In this document: one piece after another, positions 26,180-36,803 of the stretch | Position numbering within the stretch: position 1 is the first letter of the stretch | How the letters are laid out: each line of letters opens with the position of its first letter | Source: Eledone cirrhosa | Taxonomy: Eukaryota | Length of the DNA stretch: 64,000 nt | Assembly: GCA_964016885.1 (NCBI GenBank) | Contig: OZ024750.1 | Span: 37,014,001-37,078,000, forward strand | Reading direction: 5' to 3' | The notes under the pieces: generated by a model | The model's input: only the letters and a program-made list of their open reading frames with translations | Database searches by the model: none | Told to the model about the DNA's origin: nothing | Translations under genes and position numbers: made by a program

Positions 26180-27775
26180 ATGGGTGAAAACCCAGAAAGT
26201 CACATAAACGCAGACAAAAACAACAACGACAATAACAGCAATAGTCACAACACCAACCAAGGAAAAAATAACGATAACACCAAACAAAGCGAACCCACTA
26301 CTGGTGCTTCCTTTGCACAGGCGGTCCGGAAAACACAAACCTGCAAGCAAATGGACATTACAACTCTGAGAGAAAAGATGAAGGAAGCGAAACAGTATGT
26401 AACTTTCAAAGAAGGAGGAGACTTCACAATCACCTCCCCACAAGAAATCAAAAGAGACACGACGCTAAGAACGATATCTTTCAGAACAATTTCCAACATA
26501 ACAAGGAAACCAACTCAATTATCCCAAAAAGAGATTGAGCTGGTCCTAAAAAATGTGTGGAGTGATATATCGTTCATACATAAAGGGCCACTCTATGGGA
26601 ATATAACGGTCCTAATGAAGGATCAATTGACGGCCAGGAAATACTCTGTGACGCCAATTGTTTCCAAGCTACATACATTTTCCCCCACATATTTAGGGAA
26701 AAGAACGCAGAAGATAAGGGTCTCCGGAATCCGGCCAAATGCATGCATTTCCTGGGTACTAACAGGATTTTTAGAAGACGAGGACGGAATCCTCTCAGTA
26801 GAAGTCACCACAGACGTTTTCGGCGGTTTGAGCGTGGAGGTTCTGGTCCAAATGAGACCAGAACGAATAGCTAGAATACCACAGAGGGTGTCCCTCGATG
26901 GAGAAACATTTATATATATTTCAGCCGAGGGTAGGAGGCCCATATGTTACTACTGTTCAAGCAGGGGTCATCTAAGGGCTGCTTGTCCTCAATTGACAAA
27001 AAAAAAGGCTCTTTTGCCTACACCCCACACACCACCACCGCCACCACCACCACCTCCACCACCACCACCACCACCACCTCCACCACCACCACCACAACAA
27101 CAACAAAAACAACACGGAAAAATAACACAAGACACGGCCCCACCCAAAACAAGTCCAAAAACACACACAAATACAACAAAACCTCAAAATACACCACTAC
27201 CCGACAGCACGGACGAGGACCCAGCTGAAACGGCACCTAGTGACGAAGAGGGGGAACCCTTTCAACCTGTAAAAAGGAAAAAAAGAAAGCACCACTCGAA
27301 CATAAACGAAACAAACACACAACCACCAACAAAAACAAAACAAACAGAACAAACAAAATCCGCCCCACCCCAAAACATAACACATACAACAAAACGTAAG
27401 CACACACAAGAACAACAAACAAACACAACACAAATAAAACAGTATACATACATTAACACAAATAACAAAGAACTAGTAAAAACAATACACAAAGACCCTT
27501 CGGTGGAAACTGAAGGGCAATTCTTTGCAAGCGCGGCCAACAAACCGCATTTAAAAATGATAAGACTCCCAATGGACACCTATGCAAAACTAAGAGAGAA
27601 CTTTCCTGAGGACGTGGGGAAAACATGTACTCGACCCTATAACCTCTTGAAACGTTTCCCCACCCACACCTCACCAAACACCCCCACTCCACCACAGAAC
27701 AACACCCCACCAAACAACCCCTCCAATACGCCCATGGATATTGTGCAACCTGCTCCTCAGGAGCCGAACAGGTAG
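26180..27775 (+). CDS. Tx1 ORF1, gag-like nucleic-acid-binding protein
   Basis: 531 aa; CCHC knuckle CYYCSSRGHLRAAC, poly-Pro tract, basic KRKKRK; an in-frame upstream ATG at 26027 is separated by one TAA at 26078. Confidence 0.88.
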   Translation: MGENPESHINADKNNNDNNSNSHNTNQGKNNDNTKQSEPTTGASFAQAVRKTQTCKQMDITTLREKMKEAKQYVTFKEGGDFTITSPQEIKRDTTLRTISFRTISNITRKPTQLSQKEIELVLKNVWSDISFIHKGPLYGNITVLMKDQLTARKYSVTPIVSKLHTFSPTYLGKRTQKIRVSGIRPNACISWVLTGFLEDEDGILSVEVTTDVFGGLSVEVLVQMRPERIARIPQRVSLDGETFIYISAEGRRPICYYCSSRGHLRAACPQLTKKKALLPTPHTPPPPPPPPPPPPPPPPPPPPPQQQQKQHGKITQDTAPPKTSPKTHTNTTKPQNTPLPDSTDEDPAETAPSDEEGEPFQPVKRKKRKHHSNINETNTQPPTKTKQTEQTKSAPPQNITHTTKRKHTQEQQTNTTQIKQYTYINTNNKELVKTIHKDPSVETEGQFFASAANKPHLKMIRLPMDTYAKLRENFPEDVGKTCTRPYNLLKRFPTHTSPNTPTPPQNNTPPNNPSNTPMDIVQPAPQEPNR

Positions 27776-27796
27776 GTCCTTCCTCTTTTAACCAAC

Positions 27797-30496
27797 ATGG
27801 CTGATATAAGAGTTGGGTGTCTGAATGTACGCGGCCTGGGACTGTCTTGGAAACAAGGCAAACTTTTAAACGATCTCAGGTCGCATAGAATGGATGTAAT
27901 GGCTATCTGCGAGTCCAGGATCAGCAGCGAGCACCAACTGGCGCCCCTCTTCGACGACTTTGAGATCTTCGCATCTCTCTGTCAACCGGGGGGTGGGGGT
28001 GGAGTTGTCGTTCTGCTGCCAAAACACCTGGGCCTCGCCATACAGAAGGTGCACCTGGACCCGGAGGGTCGACTGGTGGTTTTAGACGTCGGCAGTAGTG
28101 AAAGTGGAGCCCTTAGACTAATAGCTGTGTACGCCCCTTTTTGGGCAGCGCGGCCGGAATACTTCCAACGTCTGGAAACTTTTCTGGGAACGTCCCGCTC
28201 CTTGCTTTTAGTGGGGGACTGGAATGGTATCCTGGATGCACGTCGGGACTATGTAGGGGCATGTGCCAATAGAGGGGGGTGTAAAAGCCTCAAAAGGTTA
28301 ATCGGCCGATTTGACCTGGCCGATAGATATCGACTAGATTTTCCGACTGTACCACTATGGACGTGGACCAATCGTAGCGGAACATCTAGGTCGTACCTAG
28401 ATAGGGTCCTAGTTAGAGAGAAGGATAGGGACACATTTAGCTGTCCAAAAATGTTCATGGTTGACTATTCGGATCACAAGTTAGTGACCTGCATAGCCAA
28501 CCTTGATAGAACCCATAGACAGGGACCCGGTTACTGGAAGCTGAACTTGTCCTTACCGAGAAGCAAAGCTTACAGTAAACGGATTAGCACGTTAGTTAAG
28601 CAGAGTTTGACAGGGGCAATTGTCAACAACAGGTGGTGGAGCTCTCTTAAGAGAGCAATTAGAATAGAATCGATAGGTTTTAGTCAGGAATTAGCAAGGG
28701 ATAGGAACAAGACGGAAAGGGAATTAGTAGATAGAGTAGAAGAGGCGATTAGGAGTGGCAATGTAGCCGGCGTGCTGGCATCAAGAATGGCCTTAGACCA
28801 GTTCTTTGAGGTGAAGCATGAAGGCTGCGTTGTCAGGAGTAAAATACGTGCTCTGGGTAATGAGGGAGCCAAAGCTGTGAGCTGGGCCCGAGTGACAGAG
28901 GCAAAAAGTGGGAACAAGTCCACGATTCGGTCTTTGAAGGACCAGGATGGGCGTGTGATCCTTGAACCTGGGCAGATGTGTGCGGTCTTTCAGCGGCACT
29001 TTGCACGACTGTTCGAGAGGAGCGGCGCGCCGGGTGAGACTATGGATTTCAATCCATACCTCGACGGTCTGCCGCGCCTCTCGGACGCGGAGGCGAAGTC
29101 CTGCGAAAGGGCGATTTCAGCTGCTGAGATAGGGGCGGCGCTGAGCCAATGCGGCAAACGCAAATCCCCGGGTCTCGATGGTCTACCATACGAGCTATAT
29201 GTAGCGATGCCGGACTTGTTCTCCGATATCCTCGAAGCGGTCTACTGCAACTGGCAGCAGAACGGGAGAATTCCCAGTTCTGTGACCAAGGGCGTAGTTA
29301 CGCTGGTGAGGAAGGATGAGAACAAGGGAAATGACATAAGTAACTTCAGGCCCATAACTCTGCTAAATACAGAGTTAAAGATTTTGGCCAAGGTGTTAGC
29401 GAAGAGGTTGGCGCTTGTCGTTGGAAACCTGGTGGGAGAAGCGCAGACATGCGCAATCCCGTCCAGGTCCATTCACAACAATCTCCACCTTATGCGATAC
29501 ATCATAGAGAGGATAGGGAATGAACCCGGCTTTGGTGGGGACCTGATCAACTTGGATCAATCTAAAGCTTTCGATAGGGTTGACCATCGTTACCTGGATG
29601 CGGTGCTCGCGGCGGCAGGCTTCGGACCCGTTTTCAGGGGTTGGATTGCTGCGATGCACAGCAGCAACGTCTGCTCAAGGGTCAAGGTGAACTGCCACCT
29701 CTCGGAGCCGTTCCAAATCATGCGATCCATCCGACAGGGATGCCCTCTCTCCTCCCTACTGTATGTGCTGGCTCTTGAGCCACTACTGCGGAAGTTGGAG
29801 CGGTTGCAGGGCATCCCTTTGGAACCGGGATTGCAGAAAGCGGCGTCGGCCTACGCCGATGACGTGACAGTAATGGTGTCGAAAACCTCGCAAATCGGTG
29901 AGATCGGCACCTTACTGGAGGAATATGAAAGGTTTACAGGAGCCAAGCTGAACCGGGACAAGTCCGTCGGTTTGCAACTCGGAACATGGAGAGGCAAACC
30001 GATGCCCTCCAACGACGTCGTCGGACGCTGGACGGAGGGCCCGGTGAAGCTGCTTGGGGTCTGGTTCGGACCAGACCTCCAGGTGGAGAAAAACTGGAAC
30101 GAGGTAACGGCCAGGGTGTTTGCACTCACCCAGAAGTGGGCCCAGTGCAAACTATCCCTGAAAGGTCGAGCGGAGGTGGCGAATACTTATATAGCATCCG
30201 TCATCTACTACCGCTTGACCGTCGTGCCTTGCCCAGTGAAAAGACTCGCCAAAATGGAGTGCGCGCTGTTCCAATTTCTTTGGAACAAGCGGACCCCTTT
30301 GGTGAGGAGATCCATCTGCTGTCAACACCCTTCGAAAGGAGGGCTGGGGATGCCGTGGCTACAGATGCGTAAACACGCATTAAGGCTACGGCACCTCCAG
30401 GTATTCCTCACCGGTCAACCGGTGTGGGCCCCGTTTGTGAGGCGAGCCTTTCCCAGACTCGTCTCGCTCACCGAGCTGCAATCCTGGGTCAAGTAA
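27797..30496 (+). CDS. Tx1 ORF2, APE endonuclease plus reverse transcriptase (prematurely stopped)
   Basis: LNVRGL, GDWN, SYLDR and SDH (APE); KSPGLDGL, FRPITLLN, DQSKAFDRV, RQGCPLS and YADD (RT). Confidence 0.93.
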   Translation: MADIRVGCLNVRGLGLSWKQGKLLNDLRSHRMDVMAICESRISSEHQLAPLFDDFEIFASLCQPGGGGGVVVLLPKHLGLAIQKVHLDPEGRLVVLDVGSSESGALRLIAVYAPFWAARPEYFQRLETFLGTSRSLLLVGDWNGILDARRDYVGACANRGGCKSLKRLIGRFDLADRYRLDFPTVPLWTWTNRSGTSRSYLDRVLVREKDRDTFSCPKMFMVDYSDHKLVTCIANLDRTHRQGPGYWKLNLSLPRSKAYSKRISTLVKQSLTGAIVNNRWWSSLKRAIRIESIGFSQELARDRNKTERELVDRVEEAIRSGNVAGVLASRMALDQFFEVKHEGCVVRSKIRALGNEGAKAVSWARVTEAKSGNKSTIRSLKDQDGRVILEPGQMCAVFQRHFARLFERSGAPGETMDFNPYLDGLPRLSDAEAKSCERAISAAEIGAALSQCGKRKSPGLDGLPYELYVAMPDLFSDILEAVYCNWQQNGRIPSSVTKGVVTLVRKDENKGNDISNFRPITLLNTELKILAKVLAKRLALVVGNLVGEAQTCAIPSRSIHNNLHLMRYIIERIGNEPGFGGDLINLDQSKAFDRVDHRYLDAVLAAAGFGPVFRGWIAAMHSSNVCSRVKVNCHLSEPFQIMRSIRQGCPLSSLLYVLALEPLLRKLERLQGIPLEPGLQKAASAYADDVTVMVSKTSQIGEIGTLLEEYERFTGAKLNRDKSVGLQLGTWRGKPMPSNDVVGRWTEGPVKLLGVWFGPDLQVEKNWNEVTARVFALTQKWAQCKLSLKGRAEVANTYIASVIYYRLTVVPCPVKRLAKMECALFQFLWNKRTPLVRRSICCQHPSKGGLGMPWLQMRKHALRLRHLQVFLTGQPVWAPFVRRAFPRLVSLTELQSWVK

Positions 30497-31222
30497 AGAC
30501 CGAGAAAAGTGGGCGACTGGCACATTGAATGTGCCCAGGCGCTGGAAAGCGGACCCGGCAATCAGTGGAGACTCCACCTCGACATTCTATAGAGGGTTGG
30601 TACGCAGCAGGTGCGACGATGCTCTCGGGGAAGCTCTAGGCATGGAGGAAGATGAACTGGCCAGTCTGTTCGGTAGGACGTTTGGCCCTGGACCGATGGA
30701 CAACTTCCAAAAGTCCCTGGCTTGGCAGTGCTACCGAGGGGCTCTACCCGTTCGAGACAAGCTCCACAGGCACGGGAGCCTGGGTAGAGATCCTTTGAAT
30801 AAGATCTGTCCGAGATGCGTGCATGATGACGAAACCGTTGCGCACGCATTCGTACACTGCCCAGGCATTGCTGACCTGTGGGGCTATGTGGAACGACTAC
30901 TGTCGAGGGTGGGACCAATCCGGTTGACCACCGAGTCCATTGTCACGATCAAACCGCCTCCCCTTTCAAAAACGAAGGAGAGGCGGTTTTTCTCTGTGTG
31001 ATAGCCATGGCTAAAGAAGTTGTATGGTGGACGAGGCTGAAAGGGCTGAGGTCAGACACCTTTCTCTCCGGCCAACAACTGGTCCCCTTTTTCAAATACC
31101 ATTTTAAAAGAAGGATCAGAATGGAGAGAGAGGTGCTCTACCCCAGCAAGTTTTATGAAAGGTGGGTGAAAGTAGGGAGAATGGCCAGAGTGAATGGGTC
31201 TTCTCTCTATATCAGCCTGTAG
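30497..31222 (+). pseudogene. Disrupted ORF2 C-terminus (CCHC zinc finger)
   Basis: After the TAA at 30494 and frameshifts near 30550 and 30960: CPRC..ETVAHAFVHC, then AKEVVWWTR. Confidence 0.85.
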
Positions 31223-31458
31223 GTGAAAGAAGAGGAAAAAGAGGAGACGAGGGAAGCACCTACTCTTTGTGCTCCTGAGGAGAAGGGTTGCACATTTTTT
31301 CCGGGGTGTGTGCGACCCATGTTAATGCCCCCTCCCTCTTGAGGACTTCGTTTGTTGTTGTTATTTCATTGTTATATTTTTGTACTCGTTAATTATATGT
31401 AAACTTCCCCCTTGTATCTGTCCCTACCTTTTGTGCCCTAGTGGCAAATAAAGAAACC

Positions 31459-32215
31459 ACTCTATATATACTATTGTATTTTCACAGTAAAGTCTTTACC
31501 TCACATATCTCACATAACATTTATATTACTCTATATATACTATTGTATTTTCACAATAAAGGCTTTACCTCACATAATATCTCACATAACATTTACATTA
31601 CTCTATATATACTGGTGGAGGCACATGGCTTAGTGGTTAGAGCATTGGGCTTGCAATCGAAAGGTTGTGAGTTCAATTCTCAGACCGGGTGATGTGTTGT
31701 TTCCTTGAGCAAGACACTTTATTTCACATTGCTCCAGTTTACTCAGCTGTAGAAATGAGATGATAGGGACTGGGGTCCCTATCATTCCACTGCAAAGTGG
31801 TCGTGGAGGTGCCACGGCAAAAAAGCACCCAGCACTCACTGTAAATGAGGTTGGTGTTAGGAAGGGCATCCAGCTGTAGAAATGAAGCCAGAATCAGTTC
31901 CCGTCCCACCCTTGCAAGCAGGGAAAAGTGGACGTAAAATGATGATGATGATGATGATACTATTGTATGTTCACAGTAAAGGCTTTACCTCACATAATAT
32001 CTCACATAACATTTACATTACTCTATATATACTATTGTATTTTCACAGTAAAGGCTTTACCTCACATAATATCTCACATAACATTTACATTACTCTATAT
32101 ATACTATTGTATTTTCACAATAAAGGCTTTACCTCACATAATATCTTACATAACATTTACATTACTCTATATATACTATTGTATTTTCGCAGTAAAGGCT
32201 TTACCTTACATAATT
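31459..32215. repeat. 72-bp minisatellite, right part
   Basis: Same unit as the left part; interrupted by SINE B. Confidence 0.9.
31614..31956 (+). mobile_element. SINE family B, full length
   Basis: Consensus match; short atact duplication at the junctions. Confidence 0.9.
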
Positions 32216-32737
32216 ATTCACATCGAATCTATGAGATTATGATGATATTATTACTTACTTTGAAAACAAGACCTTAACATCAGTATGAGTGCTAGTTACG
32301 GCCAGTTTGAACAGAAAGAGGTGAGAGAATTCTGGCCGGTTATGGCCGGTTTGAATGCTAAAGGGTTAAAATGAGTGGTTTTATTTCATAGAATCATAGC
32401 AGGGTTTGGCCAGGCTGGTAAAAAAATGTTAAGAAAAATTTTGTTGATGAGGGGGGGCTGTTTGCACAACCCTATACCTGTTTATTTTATGCCTACCACC
32501 CTTCTTCTGTTGACTGAATGTTGAAGCTGTGATGTTACAACTTCAGCAGATGGGACTTTAGCAATACTTACAGACCCTAGCATCCATGAATAGTGGACAG
32601 GGTTATACACCTTTATGTAGTGTTGTCAAATATTATGTTGTTGCAGTGCTGTATCACTATTTTAAGGAAGGTTTTGTTGATGAGGAACTGTTTAGCTCTA
32701 CCCTATACCTGCTTATCTCCTCCTACTTGTTCTCTAA

Positions 32738-33030
32738 GGTGGCAAATTGGCAGAGTCATTAGAATGTCGGATAAACTGCTTTGCGGTATTCGTTCCAGCT
32801 CTCTGCTCTTTGAGTTCAAATCCCGCCAAGGTGAACTTTGCTTTTCATTCTTTCAAGATCGATAAAAAAAAAGTAACAGACTAGTACTAGGGTCAATTCT
32901 TTTTCTATATCTCTTTCTCATTTCCACTCTTTCTCACTTTCCACCAGGCTTAAAATGCCCAAGAAACGCTGTATGTCAATATGGTCCAATACGACTCTAT
33001 CAGGAGTTACAAGACCATTACATACATACT
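32738..33030 (+). mobile_element. SINE family C
   Basis: ggtggcaaattggcagagtc head, B box and shared tail. Confidence 0.7.
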
Positions 33031-33585
33031 TGCTCTTTAGTACACATAAAAATTAATATTATGGAAATATATTCTAGATCTTACCATAGCTCATTGATTG
33101 ATTTTGTTTTAGGTTATAATGTTTCTTAGTGCACAAAATATAATGTTTATTAATTTTATTTTCTAACCCATTCCACCAAATTTAATTTAGTGTGAAAATA
33201 GTTTTTTCCCCAATTCTATTTTACAACAATTTCATCCTGATATTGTGAAACTGATACAAATCATTTCTTTTTATGTTCAGTGTTTGTTTCTTCAACAAAG
33301 TCTTGATAATAATTTGTAAATTACATTTCAAACACCATTCTTTCTACAACTTATAGAGAGTGTGGCTTATTGGAGCTTGATTCACTTGTTCACAATTTAC
33401 CTTGATGTATCTAAACACTAATGTTAATAATCTGTGGAGTAGAAATGAAACATGTTTTTCTTCATCTTTTTATTGTAGTTATTACATGTCTTAGCTGCTC
33501 TGCTTGAGAACACCTGTTGTATGAGATATATAACTGAACACTTAAGAAATCTCTCTTTCTCTCTGTGTGTTTAATGTATATATAT

Positions 33586-33834
33586 ATAGGAAAATGTATG
33601 ACCCCGACGGCAGAGCTCAAGCCGTTTCGACGGCTATTTCTGGACTAAATTAGAATTTTTAGCATGGTATTTATTTCCCATGCTAAAAATTCTAATTTAG
33701 TCCAGAAATAGCCGTTGAAACGGCTTGAGCTCTGCCGTCGGGGTCATACATTTTCCTATTACCCACTCTACTAACCTAAGTATTGAGTACTCCTCTGGTG
33801 CGCTATGGTCCATCTGGTTCCTTATCACAACTCC

Positions 33835-33838
<4 letters not shown>
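33586..33838 (+). mobile_element. Fold-back element in (TA)n
   Basis: 82-bp inverted arms 33586-33667/33678-33759; flanked by (TA)n. Confidence 0.75.
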
Positions 33839-33861
<23 letters not shown>

Positions 33862-33865
<4 letters not shown>

Positions 33866-34215
33866 GTGCAGGGCGATCAAAATTGATGGAAGTTACGGAG
33901 TGGGTAGACCCAGAAAAACCTGGGGCGACATGATAAAATCCGACCTTGTACACTTACACCTCTCTAAGACAATGTCACTGGATCGAGATCTTTGGCGCTA
34001 CCAGTAATACAGAAGGCCCGCCTTTCCTACGTACAAAGTTAACCTACAGTCAGTAGGCACCTCTTAACCAAATATACACCCCAATCCACTACCCATACTC
34101 CAACCTCCCACTCCCACCACCCTTTCCCTGTAAAGCTATGTTGCTACCACAACATCCAGTCCAATCTAAAGAGGTTGTGTAGGTGTCACAACAAAAAAGC
34201 ACACAGTCCATGCAG
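33862..34215 (+). mobile_element. RTE 3' fragment (family of 991-1728)
   Basis: KCRAIKIDGSYGVGRPRKTW plus matching UTR. Confidence 0.8.
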
Positions 34216-34217
34216 TA

Positions 34218-35212
34218 TTTAAGAATGTAGGCTTCACATGCAGCAGCTGTGCTGGGACAGCAAGCAGCAAACAGCCACAGGAAACAAGTACCACCAATCT
34301 CTGGGAGGGCTCTGTAGAAACAGTAGACAGCTTCTGCTACCTAGGTTACCGAATTAGCAGCGGAGGTGGGTGTTCAGAAAGTACAATAACTAGGGTAAGA
34401 ACGGGATGGAAGAAGTTTAGGGAACTACTACCACTGCTAGCTGCAAAAGGCTTCTCCCTCAAAATGAAAAGCAGACTGTATGATACGTGTATCCGAAAAG
34501 CAATGTTGCATGGTAGTGAGACCTGGGCGCTGAAGGTGGAAGACTTACGTAGATTAGAGAGAAACGAAGCCTGCATGCTCCGATGAATGTGTAACAGTAA
34601 TATACGTGAACGACAAAGCATAAATGAATTGAGAGAGAGACTGAGCATAAGAGGAATCAAATGCTGTGTGCAGGAGAGGCGGTTGCACTGGTATGGACAT
34701 GTGATGCGTATGAAGGATGACAGCTGCATAAAAAGGTGCAGAGCACTAGAAGTCGATGGAAACCGCAGAGTGGGGAGACCCAAGATGACCTGGGATGAGG
34801 TGATAAAAGCCGACCTTACCCAATTACACCTCTCAAAGACAATGACACACGACCGTGACCTCTGGCGTCACACAGTAATACAGAGTACCCGACCTCCCAT
34901 GGGTACAAGCTGAAGCATATAGACAATATGCTCCCACACCCCCCACCGCAAGGTGGTCGTGGAGGTGCCACGGCAAAAAAGCACCCAGCCCACACTGTAA
35001 AGTGGACGTGTAGGCGCCATGAAAAAGCACCCAGCACTCACTGTAAATGAGGTTGGTGTTAGGAAGGGCATCCAGCTGTAGAAATCAAGCCAAATCAGTT
35101 CCTGTATGAGCAAGGCATGGTCGGCCGACCAGACACTGCCCACAACAGGACAACCCGTCTAACCCATGCTAGCATGGAAGAACGGACGTAAAACGGTGAT
35201 GATGATGATGAT
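34218..35212 (+). mobile_element. RTE 3' half with (GAT)n tail
   Basis: FCYLG, RVRTGWKKFRELLP, GSETW, WYGHVMRM, GRPK; UTR shared with SINE B. Confidence 0.9.
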
Positions 35213-35214
35213 GA

Positions 35215-36803
35215 AGACTAGTTCTAAATAGAACTACTGTGACAATAACATCTGCTTACGCACCCCAATCTGGTCTACCTGACGTTATGAAAGACAGGTT
35301 CTATGAGACGCTAAAGCATACTACCTCCCAAATAACCAACAGTGACTACATAATTATTGCTGGCGACCTAAATGGTCATGTTGGACAACATTGTGATGGC
35401 TAAGATGGAATCCATGGAGGCTATGGGTTTGGTACTAGAAATGAGGAAGGCTTCAGAATCCTGGAATTCTGTGATGCTAATAACCTAACTATCTGTAACA
35501 CAAACTTCAAAAAATGAGACAATCACTTGATCACCTATAGATCAGGGGAGCACATCAGCCAGATAGATTATATCCTAACTAGAAGACGTGACAGAGTGTC
35601 TGTTGTAAACATTAAGTCCCTCCCTCATGAAGAATGCACTTCCCAACATAGCCAAATAGTTAGTGACCTCATAGTCAGGACTAGATGTACTCGACGACAG
35701 AGGAATAACTTGAGGAGAAGAATATGGAAATTGAAGGACCCCACAAATTTAAAAGCAAATTATTTGGTGCTTTTGACAGTAAGGAAGAGCAATTAGAGAT
35801 GTACAATATAGAGGATCAGTGGGAATTCTTGAAAGTTAATCTGCTGAAGGCGACAGATGAAATCTCTTGCTGGAGCAGACCTATAGGCAGGAGGAGAGTA
35901 ACTTGGTGGTGGAACAGTAAGGTGGAGGAGACAATCAAGGCCAAGAAGCATGCTTGGAAATTATGGCGGGATGAGGGAAGTAGAGAACACTATCAGGTAG
36001 CTAGGAGAGAAGCTAGGTGACAAGACTACTTTGGAAGAAGTGAAGCAGAGGATAGAAATTACAAGCATGTTCTACAACGTGAGGACCAAAAATGTAAAGT
36101 GTTCAGGATCGTAAGACAATGTGTCAAGGAAACTGTGATATTGTTGGGGAGAAGTGTGTCTGTAATGATGATGGTGTATTTGGAAGTGTCACTACGAAAG
36201 ACTACTAAATGAGGAGAATAAATGGCAAAAAGATAGTCTGCCCCAAATTGATCCAATAGAGGGATCAGCTGTGCAAGTTAACGGTAGTATAATAAGTAAG
36301 GCAGCTGGGCCTTCGGAGATAGTTGCTGAGATGTTGAAAGCATCTGGAATGGTGGAACATACTATGGTCATCCAGATAATAAACCAAGTAATACAAGAAT
36401 GGGGTCATACCAAATGACTGGTGTAGTAGCATCATCATTAACTGCTACAAGGGTAAAGGAGACGCTCTGGATAGAGGAAACTATAGAGGCATTAAGTTAG
36501 TTGACCAGGTCATGAAGGTCACAGAAAGAGTTATTGCACAACTAATTAGAAACCGAATTGATCTAGATGAAATGCAGTTTGGGTTTGTCAGGTAAAAGTA
36601 CCACGAATGCTCTTTTCCTTGTACGGCAACTACAGGAGAAGTACCTAGCTAAAAGTAAACCCCTCTACTTAGCTTTTGTTGACTTGGAGAAAGCCTTTGT
36701 CAGAGTCCCCCCCGCTCCATTATCTGGTGGGCCCTTAGATGAATGGCTTGTGAGAGCTATACAAGCCATGTATAAAAAAATAGTCAGCAAGGTTAGAATT
36801 AAC
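35215..36803 (+). mobile_element. RTE APE/RT N-terminal fragment
   Basis: AGDLNGHVG, SQIDYILTRR, TWWWN, NYRGIKL, RQLQEKYL..AFVDLEKAF; stops and frameshifts. Confidence 0.88.

Larger units (their letters stand above)
25818..31458 (+). mobile_element. Near full-length Tx1/L1-clade non-LTR retrotransposon
   Basis: Two-ORF layout, GC- and CpG-rich relative to the flanks, 3' end gtggcaaataaagaaa; bounded by satellite units. Confidence 0.92.
25463..32365. mobile_element. TTAA MITE expanded to 6.9 kb by satellite amplification and nested insertions
   Basis: TTAA at 25459-25462 and 32366-32369; perfect 14-bp TIRs ccctttagcattca / tgaatgctaaaggg; short version at 45280-45457. Confidence 0.75.

Noticed and set aside
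31617-31690. tRNA gene
   Set aside because: A/B boxes belong to a SINE head; no acceptor stem; continues into the SINE core
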